From Candidatus Latescibacterota bacterium (GTDB lineage Bacteria; Latescibacterota; UBA2968; UBA8231): DNA of 64,000 nucleotides. The position numbers were made by a program, and so were the translations under genes. Positions within the stretch are counted from its first letter, which is position 1. The number at the start of each line of letters is the position of its first letter. The notes beneath the pieces were generated by a model, which worked only from the letters and a program-made list of their open reading frames with translations, was not told the DNA's origin and made no database searches. The DNA lies in contig OZ242214.1 of the NCBI GenBank assembly GCA_965206595.1, forward strand, positions 1,760,001 through 1,824,000. The letters run 5' to 3'. Shown one piece after another: positions 1 through 8,865 of this stretch.

Positions 1-264
1 TTTGATTTTTTTCTCAGCGCTCCGCTTGCCCAGCACCTCGAAGATTCCGGCCGGGGAGAGACTGAGCGTGTTCTTTCCTACCACGCCGAGGGAATCCTGA
101 ACCAGGTGATGACGATGCTGCGCGAGGAGTTTCCGGAACTGTGGCCAGGTTTCGACTCACGGCGGGACTTCAGCGGGATCTTCCTGAAACCGGGAGAAGA
201 GTTCGACGCCCTGCCTCAGGAGGTCGCGTTCTGGCGTAATGACCGCCTCAAATGGCGGGACTGA
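1..264 (+). CDS. 3' end of an unknown protein (partial; start lies upstream of the window)
   Basis: Frame 1 is open from base 1 (FDFFLSAPLAQHLED...EVAFWRNDRLKWRD) to TGA at 262-264, with codon usage like the neighbouring genes. Confidence 0.6.
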   Translation, partial: FDFFLSAPLAQHLEDSGRGETERVLSYHAEGILNQVMTMLREEFPELWPGFDSRRDFSGIFLKPGEEFDALPQEVAFWRNDRLKWRD

Positions 265-311
265 GGCGATTTCAACCCCGAATTTCCGAGGCCGCCCAAG
301 CGACGGCCGGT

Positions 312-590
312 TTATTCGGGGTCCTGCAGGTCCTGAGCCCCGTACAGCGACTCCCTCAGCGTGATCGTCTTGTCTATCACCGGCAGCTCGGTCGTGATCA
401 CCCAGCCATCCACCCGCTTTCCGAGGACGGTGATCGTCTTCGGCTCGGCGCGGATCACTTTCTCGCCACCGTACTGAGCGTGTCTTTCCTTGTCAACGCA
501 AAAGAAAACGTGCGTCCTGATTACTCCCTGTTCTTCGCTTTTCACCACTTTCTCCTGAATATTGCGCCGTCCTTCAGCCAGCGTATCCAT
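312..590 (-). CDS. Hypothetical protein, 92 aa
   Basis: High GC at third codon positions, protein-like composition, start overlaps the hemE stop (coupled). Confidence 0.6.
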   Translation of the reverse strand: MDTLAEGRRNIQEKVVKSEEQGVIRTHVFFCVDKERHAQYGGEKVIRAEPKTITVLGKRVDGWVITTELPVIDKTITLRESLYGAQDLQDPE

Positions 591-1632
591 GCACGGTATC
601 GATCATGGCCCGCACCGCATCGATCGGTGTCTCGGGATGAACACCGTGGCCGAGGTTGAAGATATGGGGTGTGCCGCGCGTCTTGTCCAGGAGTTCCCGG
701 GTGACGGCTACCACCTGCTCTATAGGTGCGAACAATGCCGCCGGGTCGAGATTGCCCTGAAGGGGCATGGAGGGGCCTAACAGATCGCGGGCATGGCGTA
801 TATCCGTGCGCCAGTCGATGCTGAAGACATTGGCCGCCGTCCGAGGCAATAGCCGCAGCAGGTGGGCGGAGCCGTGGGCAAAATAGATGGTTGGGACCCG
901 CAACCGCTTCAGCTCCGAAAATATCCGTTCCAGGAAGGGCAGGGCGATGCGTTCGAACTGAGCTTCCGAGAGCTGGCCAATCCAGGTGTCGAATAGCTGA
1001 ACCGCTTCGACTCCTGCGTCGACCTGCATTTTCAGGTAGGAGATTACTACGTCGGTAAGTTTGGTAAGGAGGAGATCCGCAGTATCCGGTTCGGCGTGGA
1101 GCAACCTACGGAAGTGGGTGAACTCGCGCGCACCCGTGCCTTCGGCGAGATAGGTAGCCAGGGTGACCGGGGCACCGGCGAAGCCGATGAGGGGCACGCC
1201 GGGGGGGAGCCCTGCGCGGACCAGCTCAATCTCCCTCCTCACATGAGGCAGATCGTCCTCGGGATCGATGGTGTGCAGGTGACCGACGTCATTCCTGGTG
1301 CGCACGGGGGATTTCAACACCGGACCCGGCTGGAAGGTCAGTTCACACCCCATGGGTTCGATCGGGGTGAAGATGTCGGCAAACAGGATGGCGGCATCGA
1401 CTCCCAACATCTCTACCGGCATCAAGGTCACTTGGGCGGCGAGCTCAGGCGTGTTGAAAAGGGTTGAAAGCGAGCCTGCCTCTTGCTTGAGATCGCGGTA
1501 AGGTTTGAGAATCCTTCCGGCCTGGCGCATAAGCCACACGGGCCGGCGCGCAACCACCTCCCCGGCGCAGACTCTGAGGAATTCGGAACCTTGCTGGTTA
1601 CCGGATGGCGGTGTCTTTTTCAGCGGGCACAC
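574..1632 (-). CDS. hemE: Uroporphyrinogen decarboxylase
   Basis: Motifs PVWLMRQAGR, AILFADI, PLIGFAGAP.TLATY, QGNLDP, FNLGHG. Confidence 0.95.
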   Translation of the reverse strand: MCPLKKTPPSGNQQGSEFLRVCAGEVVARRPVWLMRQAGRILKPYRDLKQEAGSLSTLFNTPELAAQVTLMPVEMLGVDAAILFADIFTPIEPMGCELTFQPGPVLKSPVRTRNDVGHLHTIDPEDDLPHVRREIELVRAGLPPGVPLIGFAGAPVTLATYLAEGTGAREFTHFRRLLHAEPDTADLLLTKLTDVVISYLKMQVDAGVEAVQLFDTWIGQLSEAQFERIALPFLERIFSELKRLRVPTIYFAHGSAHLLRLLPRTAANVFSIDWRTDIRHARDLLGPSMPLQGNLDPAALFAPIEQVVAVTRELLDKTRGTPHIFNLGHGVHPETPIDAVRAMIDTVHGYAG

Positions 1633-1752
1633 ACCCCGAAAAATCCGTGCCGCCTTGCCGTCATCCTGAGCGCCGCCAATGAAGGTTCGGTTTTTCCAGA
1701 CGATAACCTTCTGGAATCCATTCCAGACGAGGTTTTTTGCAGGGGCTGCCGT

Positions 1753-4020
1753 CTACTTCCCGGGCTCGACCATCCATTCCGGTAGGGTGATCCTGAATTT
1801 GCAGATACCCTCGCGGGGTTCCAGCGAAACGGATGCTGCCGAGACGTTGGCTCCGATCACCTGCGGTTGGTCTTCATTCTCATGGAAGGCGAGGATGCGG
1901 AGCCTGGGCATCCTGCGGTCGGGCCACAGGCTTCCGGGTCTGATTTCGATGTCGCCTTCGCATTCGATAGGGTAGACATCGATCTGCCAGGCTTCCGTCT
2001 TGACCACGGCAGCTCCCGCAAGGGAGACCGGGCCTAGGGAAGCGCGCTCGCCGCGCGTGTCGCAGTAGAAATAATCTCCGCAGTCCGCATAGTCGATCCG
2101 TCCGTTTCCAGCGTCGGCAGAATAGACGAAAAGACCGTCCGGGGAATGGGCGAGGAATGAGGCCGGGGGAAGCCTGTACTCCCTGGCTTGGTGCTCGACG
2201 GTCCAATCGTTCGACCAGCTGGCGTTGACGCAGACGCGCAAGCCGTTCCGATAGTGCACCTCGACCTGGCTGTCTTCGTATACGCCCGATACCAAAGCCT
2301 CGGCAACTTCGAGCAGACTCCCGTCACGGTGGTAGAGAATCGACTCGACTTCACTGTTCAGATAGCGGCTCTGCAGTTTCAGCAGCAGGTAGTAGGTTTT
2401 CATCACCGAGGCCAAGCCCCAATCCTCGATTACGGGCAAAACCCCTGCGTGGCCATAGGCAACAGTTGTCGCAATGTATCGATCGAGCCAGGCGCTACGG
2501 CTGGTGCGCTCGGCAACGGGGGGCGAATGCTTTCCGAAGAATCGTTCGGTCGTTCCAACGCCGGCGTTGACATGGGCTCCGTGCAGCAGCTTCAGGTCGA
2601 AATCGAGCAGGAGCGGAATCCGGTGCGGATTCGGTCCGGAAAGGTCGGCCAGGAAACCGGACAGCAAGCCGGCGTACATCCAGTGACTGCCACCCTCACC
2701 GACGATTAGGCGCGATGATTTTCCGGCCATCCCCTGGAGCTCCTCCAGCAGCTTCCGTTCCCGATCGAGAGATTTGGAGAAACTCGCCGAGTCCGGGGTG
2801 TCTGAGTCGTAATCGATTCGACTCGAGGGCGGGGTGGCCGCGTGACCACTGATGAAGGCTCCTGCTTCTTCGAAACGCTGAAACAGCGTCGGCAAATGGT
2901 TTTCTGCCGTATCGTTCACCTTGGAGGGCTTGAGCAGGTAGCGATCCTTTCCTCTGGGGATCGGATTTCCGTCAGAGCCGAGTCCGGCACTGGTTTTGCC
3001 CCAGCCCTCCGCTTTCGAAGAAAATTCCGTATACCCGGAAGCCAGAGTGTACCTGTATCCGAGGTCCTGAACCGCTTCGAGGTATTCGAGCAGGGCGTCG
3101 TCACCTCCCTTGGCCTCGGCGCCGCTCAGCGACATGCCGAGGCCGTCTTCCCAGACGTCGGCCGGATGGTTGACGAGAACCTGTTCGAGGCCCCATTGCT
3201 TGAACGAGAGAAGCTGCTCGTAAACGTCCACGTAGGCTTCTTCGGAAGGGGGCAGAGCCGGAACCTGGTACCAGATCAAGTCGTCGAGTTCCGCGCTCCC
3301 GGAAGGGCGCTGGCCTACCGGTATAGTCGGCAGGACCTCCTCGAACTGGCGGGAGACCGTCAGAATCCAGCGTTCGCGCAGGGCTCGTCTGCGACCGTCG
3401 GAAGCCGGATGGTAGCGGCATCCGCCGCCGAGTCGAATCTCATGTGCCGAATCGTGAGCCGGGGGTGCATACAGTTCCGCGGCGGATGTTTCGGTCCAGT
3501 CCAGCATGCTGGAGACGAAAGCCCCTGAGGTTGCGAGCAGAAGCGGCGATTCGTCGCCAAATGAGAAATAGGGGATTTGAATTACGCGCGGGTGGACTGC
3601 CCCGGAGACGTACCCCAAGTCGAGTCCGCTCGCTTTGCCGTTGCCACCTTCCAACTCGATTACGAGCGACTTCTGGTGGATTCGGATCCGGTACAGAAAA
3701 TCGGCGAGCTCTTCTCCGTGTTTCCAATGCCACCTCGCCTCGATGCAGTCGCCGACAGGTTCACATGAGACGAAATGGCGCTCGACCTCTTCGTCGTCTG
3801 CGGACCAGATCTTCCCCCCCATCTCGATCGTAATGCCGCCTCCCTCTGCGAACTTGATCGCGTCGGAATTGTTGATCTCAACCTCGATGTCGGAGAGGTT
3901 CCCCTCGATCGGGGTGTAGACATAGCGGACGACCGCGGAAAGCGAGCGCGCTTCGAAGATGAAGGAGATGCCTTCCTTCTCGACGGAGTTCGATACTTCT
4001 TCAGTTACTGACGGAAACAT
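1753..4020 (-). CDS. Large cytoplasmic protein, possibly glycoside hydrolase-like TIM barrel (DUF5696/GH129-like resemblance)
   Basis: 755-aa ORF with no signal peptide; KGGD, DYD and GEG..HW.Y.GL segments recall uncharacterised GH-like proteins. Family call is tentative. Confidence 0.55.
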   Translation of the reverse strand: MFPSVTEEVSNSVEKEGISFIFEARSLSAVVRYVYTPIEGNLSDIEVEINNSDAIKFAEGGGITIEMGGKIWSADDEEVERHFVSCEPVGDCIEARWHWKHGEELADFLYRIRIHQKSLVIELEGGNGKASGLDLGYVSGAVHPRVIQIPYFSFGDESPLLLATSGAFVSSMLDWTETSAAELYAPPAHDSAHEIRLGGGCRYHPASDGRRRALRERWILTVSRQFEEVLPTIPVGQRPSGSAELDDLIWYQVPALPPSEEAYVDVYEQLLSFKQWGLEQVLVNHPADVWEDGLGMSLSGAEAKGGDDALLEYLEAVQDLGYRYTLASGYTEFSSKAEGWGKTSAGLGSDGNPIPRGKDRYLLKPSKVNDTAENHLPTLFQRFEEAGAFISGHAATPPSSRIDYDSDTPDSASFSKSLDRERKLLEELQGMAGKSSRLIVGEGGSHWMYAGLLSGFLADLSGPNPHRIPLLLDFDLKLLHGAHVNAGVGTTERFFGKHSPPVAERTSRSAWLDRYIATTVAYGHAGVLPVIEDWGLASVMKTYYLLLKLQSRYLNSEVESILYHRDGSLLEVAEALVSGVYEDSQVEVHYRNGLRVCVNASWSNDWTVEHQAREYRLPPASFLAHSPDGLFVYSADAGNGRIDYADCGDYFYCDTRGERASLGPVSLAGAAVVKTEAWQIDVYPIECEGDIEIRPGSLWPDRRMPRLRILAFHENEDQPQVIGANVSAASVSLEPREGICKFRITLPEWMVEPGK

Positions 4021-4069
4021 TATACCGTTGGGTATGCGCAGAATTATACCGTTGGGTATGCGCAGAATT
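4019..4069. repeat. Perfect 24-bp tandem duplication (attataccgttgggtatgcgcaga x2 + att)
   Basis: Read directly; abuts the ATG of the 755-aa gene; each copy reads TATAAT on the minus strand. Confidence 0.95.
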
Positions 4070-4469
4070 CGTGGAGCAGCCCTTCGTCCCGGATTCCCTT
4101 GCCGCCAGTGATGAGGGACGCTTGCCGGGGTCCGGAGATGCAGCGCTGGACGCGTGTGTGCTCGAAATCATCTCGTGGCCGGGCTGCCCTCTCCTCGCCT
4201 GTCGGCGACAGCGGGACTGCGGAATGTTGATGCGACACGTAAATTGGAAAAATTCCAATGATAAGCCAGTGAAAGGGTCCGTGCAAGAAAACCGGGCTGA
4301 GGGAATCTCCCATCCCTGAAAGGAACCCTGTTTGGGCGGAGAATCGACGGGATCTCAGCTCCAACCGTCGGAAACGTTCTCACCGGTAAGGGGTGGGTGT
4401 TTGTCCCTATGGACTGACCGGCGAGGGCTGTTTGATTCAACCGGACTAGAGGGACGGTAAGCGGTGGAG

Positions 4470-4498
4470 TTGACACCGGCATATCCGCCCGATAGACT
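4470..4498 (+). promoter_or_regulatory. Sigma70-type promoter for the mocA-xdhC-nitrilase unit
   Basis: TTGACA (4470-4475), 17-bp spacer, TAGACT (4493-4498). Confidence 0.65.
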
Positions 4499-4519
4499 CC
4501 ATTAGTCTATTTTCCACAA

Positions 4520-4576
4520 CAAGTTAGGGTTCGACAGTGTTGGTTACCAAGTTAGGGTTCGACAGTGTTGGTTACC
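4520..4576. repeat. Perfect 28-bp tandem duplication (caagttagggttcgacagtgttggttac x2 + c)
   Basis: Read directly; duplicates the putative RBS and GTG start of the MocA-like gene. Confidence 0.95.
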
Positions 4577-5233
4577 GCGATCGTTTTGGCAGCCGGTCAG
4601 TCGCGGCGCATGGGGCGGTTCAAGCAGCTTCTCCCCCTGGAGGGGTTCACGGTTATCGAGACGGTGATCGAACGCCTCGGAGCCGTGGCAAGGCGGAACT
4701 TCGAGCTGGCCACCGTGGTAGTTCTCGGCCATCGGGCAAAAGAGGTCGCGCCGCTGATGGAGGGCAAAAATCTCGTTTGCGTGGTGAACGAGCGCTATCG
4801 GGAAGGGATGGCGACCTCGGTACAGGCGGGGGTTCGGGCAGCGGAGCCGGAATCCGCCGGATACCTGATCTGCCTCGGCGACCAACCCGATCTCAACACT
4901 GGCGTCGTCGAGAAGATCATCCACCGCTCGCAGTCTACCTCGGGGGGAATTGTTGTGCCGACGCATGTAGGAAAGAGAGGGCATCCGGTTTACATCTGCC
5001 GCGGCTACCGGGACGAGATTCTCGCTTTGACGGCGGACCAGGGGCTAAATACCCTCACCAGAAAACACGCCGAGGACACCGTCGAGGTCGAGGTGGATGC
5101 AGCGGAGGTGCTGGAAGACCTGGACACGCCCTCGGACTACGCACGCCTCGGTACCCGTTTCGCAATCGCGGACAGAGAGGGTCCGGTGCCGGTGGTCGGC
5201 CTGTCAGGCTCGCGTCGAGCTGAATCCCGCTGA
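4565..5233 (+). CDS. mocA: Molybdenum cofactor cytidylyltransferase-like nucleotidyltransferase (NTP_transf_3)
   Basis: LAAGQSRRMG..KQLL, GMATS, LGDQP, GHPV, DLDTP.DY motifs; adjacent to xdhC. Confidence 0.85.
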   Translation: MLVTAIVLAAGQSRRMGRFKQLLPLEGFTVIETVIERLGAVARRNFELATVVVLGHRAKEVAPLMEGKNLVCVVNERYREGMATSVQAGVRAAEPESAGYLICLGDQPDLNTGVVEKIIHRSQSTSGGIVVPTHVGKRGHPVYICRGYRDEILALTADQGLNTLTRKHAEDTVEVEVDAAEVLEDLDTPSDYARLGTRFAIADREGPVPVVGLSGSRRAESR

Positions 5234-5238
5234 AAGCA

Positions 5239-6375
5239 ATGGAAGACATTCTGGAAGAGGTTGTGGCGATGCGGCGCCAGGGCCGGCGTGGAGCGCTGGC
5301 CTCCTTGGTGGAGAGCAGCGGTTCGATCCCGATGAGCGAGCGCGCCAAGATGCTGGTCCGCGATGACGGCAGCGTCGCCGGGACCATAGGAGGGGGCTGT
5401 CTCGAAGCGGAGATTCTCAACGTCGGCAGGGAGGTGCTGTCCAGCGGATGCGCCCATACGACGCGTTACACAATGACCGAGAAGCAGGCAGGGGAGAGTG
5501 GGCTCAACTGTGGGGGTACGGTGCGCATCTACACCGAACCGCTCGAGCCGGATATCGAACCGGATCTTTTTGCCGCAGTGGTCGACGCAAAATCCCGGCG
5601 CCGCGAGTGCGTGATGGCGACCGTGCTCGCTTCGCAGAAGCTGCCCGATCGCGAGTCGAACAAACTGCTCCTGTTTCCCGAGGGAGACCGTCTCGGGCGT
5701 CTCGGCGCAGCCGTCCTCAACGAGCGTGTCGAGCAATGGGCGGGGGAAGTGCTCCAGCGCGAAAAACCGCGGGTCTTCAACCTGCGGGAGGAGACTCTCG
5801 ACCTCGACCTCCCCAGCCGCGAGGCACTCGGGGTGGCACGGTTTGACCGGGTCGAAGTGTATCTCGAACCCTTCATGCCACCCCCGGTTCTCTACATTTT
5901 CGGCGGTGGTCACGTCGGCGCGCAGATCTGCAGCCTGGCAAAAAACTCCGGGTTTTTCGCCGTCGTCATCGATGACCGGCAGATGTTTGCAAATTCCGAA
6001 CGCCACCCCCGGGCAGACGAGTGCGTGGCCGCGGAAATCGAGGAGGTCTTCGGGCAGCTTCCGTTCGACGATCAGACCTACGTCGTGGCCGCCACTCGCG
6101 GGCACCAGCACGATGAGACCGTTGTCGAGCTGGCAATTAGAACGCCTGCCCGCTACATCGGAATGCTGGGGAGTGAGCGCAAGAAGCTGATCCTCTGGGA
6201 CCGTATCGAGGGGCGGGGCGGCGACCGCAGCCGTCTCGAGCAGGTGTATGCACCGATCGGATTCAACATCGGCGCCGACACTCCGGAGGAGATCGGGATC
6301 AGTGTAGTGGCCGAGCTGATCGAGGTCCGCAGAGGCAGAGTCAAGGAGTGGAAGACCAAGAGAGCGGGGGCATGA
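5239..6375 (+). CDS. xdhC: XdhC/CoxI family molybdoenzyme maturation factor
   Basis: GTIGGGCLE, LNCGG, FGGGHV, TRGHQHD, YIGMLGS, APIG..IGADTPEEI motifs. Confidence 0.92.
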   Translation: MEDILEEVVAMRRQGRRGALASLVESSGSIPMSERAKMLVRDDGSVAGTIGGGCLEAEILNVGREVLSSGCAHTTRYTMTEKQAGESGLNCGGTVRIYTEPLEPDIEPDLFAAVVDAKSRRRECVMATVLASQKLPDRESNKLLLFPEGDRLGRLGAAVLNERVEQWAGEVLQREKPRVFNLREETLDLDLPSREALGVARFDRVEVYLEPFMPPPVLYIFGGGHVGAQICSLAKNSGFFAVVIDDRQMFANSERHPRADECVAAEIEEVFGQLPFDDQTYVVAATRGHQHDETVVELAIRTPARYIGMLGSERKKLILWDRIEGRGGDRSRLEQVYAPIGFNIGADTPEEIGISVVAELIEVRRGRVKEWKTKRAGA

Positions 6376-7403
6376 CGGCAGACGGCCCTCTTCGTTACGG
6401 GGTGGCGGCCTGCCAGGTCGACCAACCGAACCCCGAGACGCGCCGCGAGATATCCCGCAATACGGACCGCATGATCGAAATGATCGACATGGCGGTCACG
6501 GGATACCGGCCCTTTAGCGACGTAAGGCTGGTCGCTTTTCCCGAGTTCGGCCACGCTGCTCCAATCTATCCGACCGCGAAAAGCCTGCTGGCGAAACTGA
6601 CCCTCCCGATTCCAAACGAGCACACCGAGCGTTATGTCGAGAAGGCCCGAGAGCTCGGCATCTACATTCAGACCGGAAGTTTCCTGGAAGAAGATCCGAA
6701 GTGGCCTGGCAAGGTATTCAATGCGACCTGCCTGGTTGGTCCCGACGGCCTTCTGTCGAAGTACCGCAAGGTCAATCCCTGGATTCCCTGGGAGGTACAC
6801 GCCAGCCCGCACGATCTGGACGGGTACGACGAAGAGCTGTTCCCGGTAGCAGCGACCCCGATCGGCCGAATAGGGGCTGCGATCTGTTACGACTGGATTT
6901 TCCCGGAACCGTTGCGGCAGTTGACCGCCAACGGGGCCGAAATACTGGTCCGGGTTTCCGCCTACATGGACCCATGGGGAGCCACTTCCCCGATGGACTG
7001 GTGGACGGTGGTAAACCGCTGTCGCGCACTTGAGAACACCGCCTACGTCGTCGGCGCAAACCAGGGTGCTTCGCTCCGCCATTTCCCTCCGTTCTCCTGG
7101 CCGGGAGGGAGCATGGTAGTCGACTACGAGGGCCGGATTCTTGCCCAGGCGGACCCGGGACAGGGAGAGAAAATCGTGGTGACGACGATCGACATCGGAG
7201 CGCTGCGACAGGAGCGCGGCCGGCGCTCCGGGCACCTGGGACTGGCTCATCTGCGCAGCGAGGCGTATCAGATGTACAGGCGGTCCTTTTTTCCCCGCGG
7301 ACGTCTCACCGATGCAGGCAATAACACTTTCGAGATGAACGAAAATCTGATTGCCGAGGCCAGGTGCTCGGCCGCTGGCGAGCCTGCCGAAGCGGAGGAA
7401 TGA
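6372..7403 (+). CDS. Carbon-nitrogen hydrolase (nitrilase/amidase family)
   Basis: Catalytic triad motifs FPE, YRKV, ICYD; ATG overlaps the xdhC stop. Confidence 0.9.
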   Translation: MTADGPLRYGVAACQVDQPNPETRREISRNTDRMIEMIDMAVTGYRPFSDVRLVAFPEFGHAAPIYPTAKSLLAKLTLPIPNEHTERYVEKARELGIYIQTGSFLEEDPKWPGKVFNATCLVGPDGLLSKYRKVNPWIPWEVHASPHDLDGYDEELFPVAATPIGRIGAAICYDWIFPEPLRQLTANGAEILVRVSAYMDPWGATSPMDWWTVVNRCRALENTAYVVGANQGASLRHFPPFSWPGGSMVVDYEGRILAQADPGQGEKIVVTTIDIGALRQERGRRSGHLGLAHLRSEAYQMYRRSFFPRGRLTDAGNNTFEMNENLIAEARCSAAGEPAEAEE

Positions 7404-7826
7404 CCCAGTTCTCCCGGACCGTCTGCATGCTGGCGGGAAACCGATTAAACGGTCTTCCCGGCTGCGTTGTCCAAGGCCGTGAGCGAGACAGGAGTGCCGC
7501 AGCCGCCAGGAGGCAGGCGCAGAGGCGTCATGATTGGAGATTCAGCAGCTATTTCCAAGCGATTTTCCACAGCAAGCGAGATCCCCTCCGATGCCGAGCT
7601 GGTGAACCTGTTCCGGCAAGGGCGGGAATCTTCATTCGACGCCATAGTTCGGCGCCACCAGGACCGGATCTTTGGCTTTCTGGTGCATATAGTCAGGGAT
7701 TCGGACGAGGCCGCGGATCTCGCACAGGAGACCTTTGTGAAAGCCTACAAATCCCTGCACAGGTTTCGCGGCCATTCCTCACTATATACCTGGCTCTACA
7801 GAATCGCCTTGAATACTTACCTCAAT

Positions 7827-7922
7827 AATTTGCGGAAGACCAAGTTGAGAAATCTGTTACACCTCGATTTCGAGAATTTGCGGAAGACCAAGTTGAGAAA
7901 TCTGTTACACCTCGATTTCGAG
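7827..7922. repeat. Perfect 48-bp in-frame tandem duplication (NLRKTKLRNLLHLDFE x2) in the sigma linker
   Basis: 7827-7874 is identical to 7875-7922. Confidence 0.95.
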
Positions 7923-8037
7923 GCGGTTACCCGAATTGAAAAACACGCTCTCCATGGTTGCGACCCTGAAGAGGAACTGGTGATGAAGCAGCAGATCGCT
8001 GTAATCGAGGGGGCGATCCGGGATCTGCCGCCCCGGC

Positions 8038-8059
8038 AGCGAAGTATTAGCGAAGTATT
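8038..8059. repeat. Perfect 11-bp tandem duplication (agcgaagtatt x2) causing the sigma frameshift
   Basis: Read directly. Confidence 0.95.
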
Positions 8060-8220
8060 TTTGTAATGCGGCATTACGACGACCTGTCCCACGGCGAGAT
8101 CGCCGAAGTGGTGGGGACATCGGAGGGGGCGGTGCGGGCTGGGTATTTTCACGCCGTCCGCAAATTGCGCGCTGTCCTGGTCGAGAGCGCCGCTTCGGAA
8201 TCGTTTACGGAGGAGGGGTA

Positions 8221-8865
8221 ATGTCAGCTGACAAGCCGAGAGCTTCGGCCTGCAACGAACAGGCCCTGCTCGAGTATCTGGATGGAAGTCTTCCGGTCCA
8301 CCGGCGCACCTTAGTCGAAAGCCATGCCGAACGGTGCGAGGTCTGCCGGCGAAATTTGGCCGGCTTTGAGAAGACCCTTGCAATGACCGCAGCCGTTCCG
8401 GTACCGGCCATGGATGCCTTCGTCTCCTCCGGGTTCGGAGCCAGGATCCGGCGTCGAATCGGGGAATACAGCGGCCGGAGGTCGTGGGCGAGGCGGTGGT
8501 CTCCTGCTTTTTCCGGAGCGATTGCCGGTGCGGCTACTGTGCTCCTTGTTCTTGCAGCCAGCGAACGCCTCTCTTTGGTCGAACCCGAGCGGCCTGCGGC
8601 TTCCAGCCTTTCCGCGGACCACGATGGCAATGAATCCGCCGGCTCTTCTGGCCTCGAAGAGTTTCTGGCAACAGTCCTCCTCCTCCTGTATGAGGATGAA
8701 GTATATGGAGGGGAAGTCCCGGGGGTGGCCGTCCCTCCCGATCTCGATTCCGAAGTCTCCGAGTATCTCCTCGACACGGCGAGCGAAGCGGAGTTGCTGG
8801 AACAGATGGAGTTGTTGGCCGAGGGAGAAGACCTCTACGCGTTGACAGGGAGTGAGGAAAGGTGA
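8221..8865 (+). CDS. Zinc-binding (zf-HC2) transmembrane anti-sigma factor
   Basis: YLDG.L...HAERCEVC (HxxxCxxC), a single TM segment, TAATG coupling to the sigma gene. Confidence 0.85.
   Translation: MSADKPRASACNEQALLEYLDGSLPVHRRTLVESHAERCEVCRRNLAGFEKTLAMTAAVPVPAMDAFVSSGFGARIRRRIGEYSGRRSWARRWSPAFSGAIAGAATVLLVLAASERLSLVEPERPAASSLSADHDGNESAGSSGLEEFLATVLLLLYEDEVYGGEVPGVAVPPDLDSEVSEYLLDTASEAELLEQMELLAEGEDLYALTGSEER

Larger units (their letters stand above)
7530..8221 (+). pseudogene. ECF RNA polymerase sigma factor, frameshifted or split by an 11-bp duplication (sigma2 part to 8066; sigma4 part 8066-8221)
   Basis: Region 2 DLAQETFVKAY...TWLYRIALN. Deleting one 11-bp copy restores LPPRQRSIFVMRHYDDLSHGEIAEVVGTSEGAVR...AVRKLR (region 4 HTH) ending at TAA 8219-8221. 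Alternative start at 7467. Confidence 0.88.

Noticed and set aside
4070-4465. Riboswitch or ncRNA (e.g. Moco riboswitch) in the long spacer before mocA
   Set aside because: I could not recognise a consensus, and the best promoter lies downstream of this stretch; an Rfam/Infernal scan would be needed.
4019-4576. 24-bp and 28-bp repeats as a CRISPR array
   Set aside because: Each has only two directly abutting copies with no spacers, the two units are unrelated, and there are no cas genes in the window.
8049-8066. Programmed -1 frameshift restoring the sigma factor
   Set aside because: A TTT TTG is not a canonical slippery heptamer and the T run is only 5 long; the exact 11-bp duplication explains the shift.
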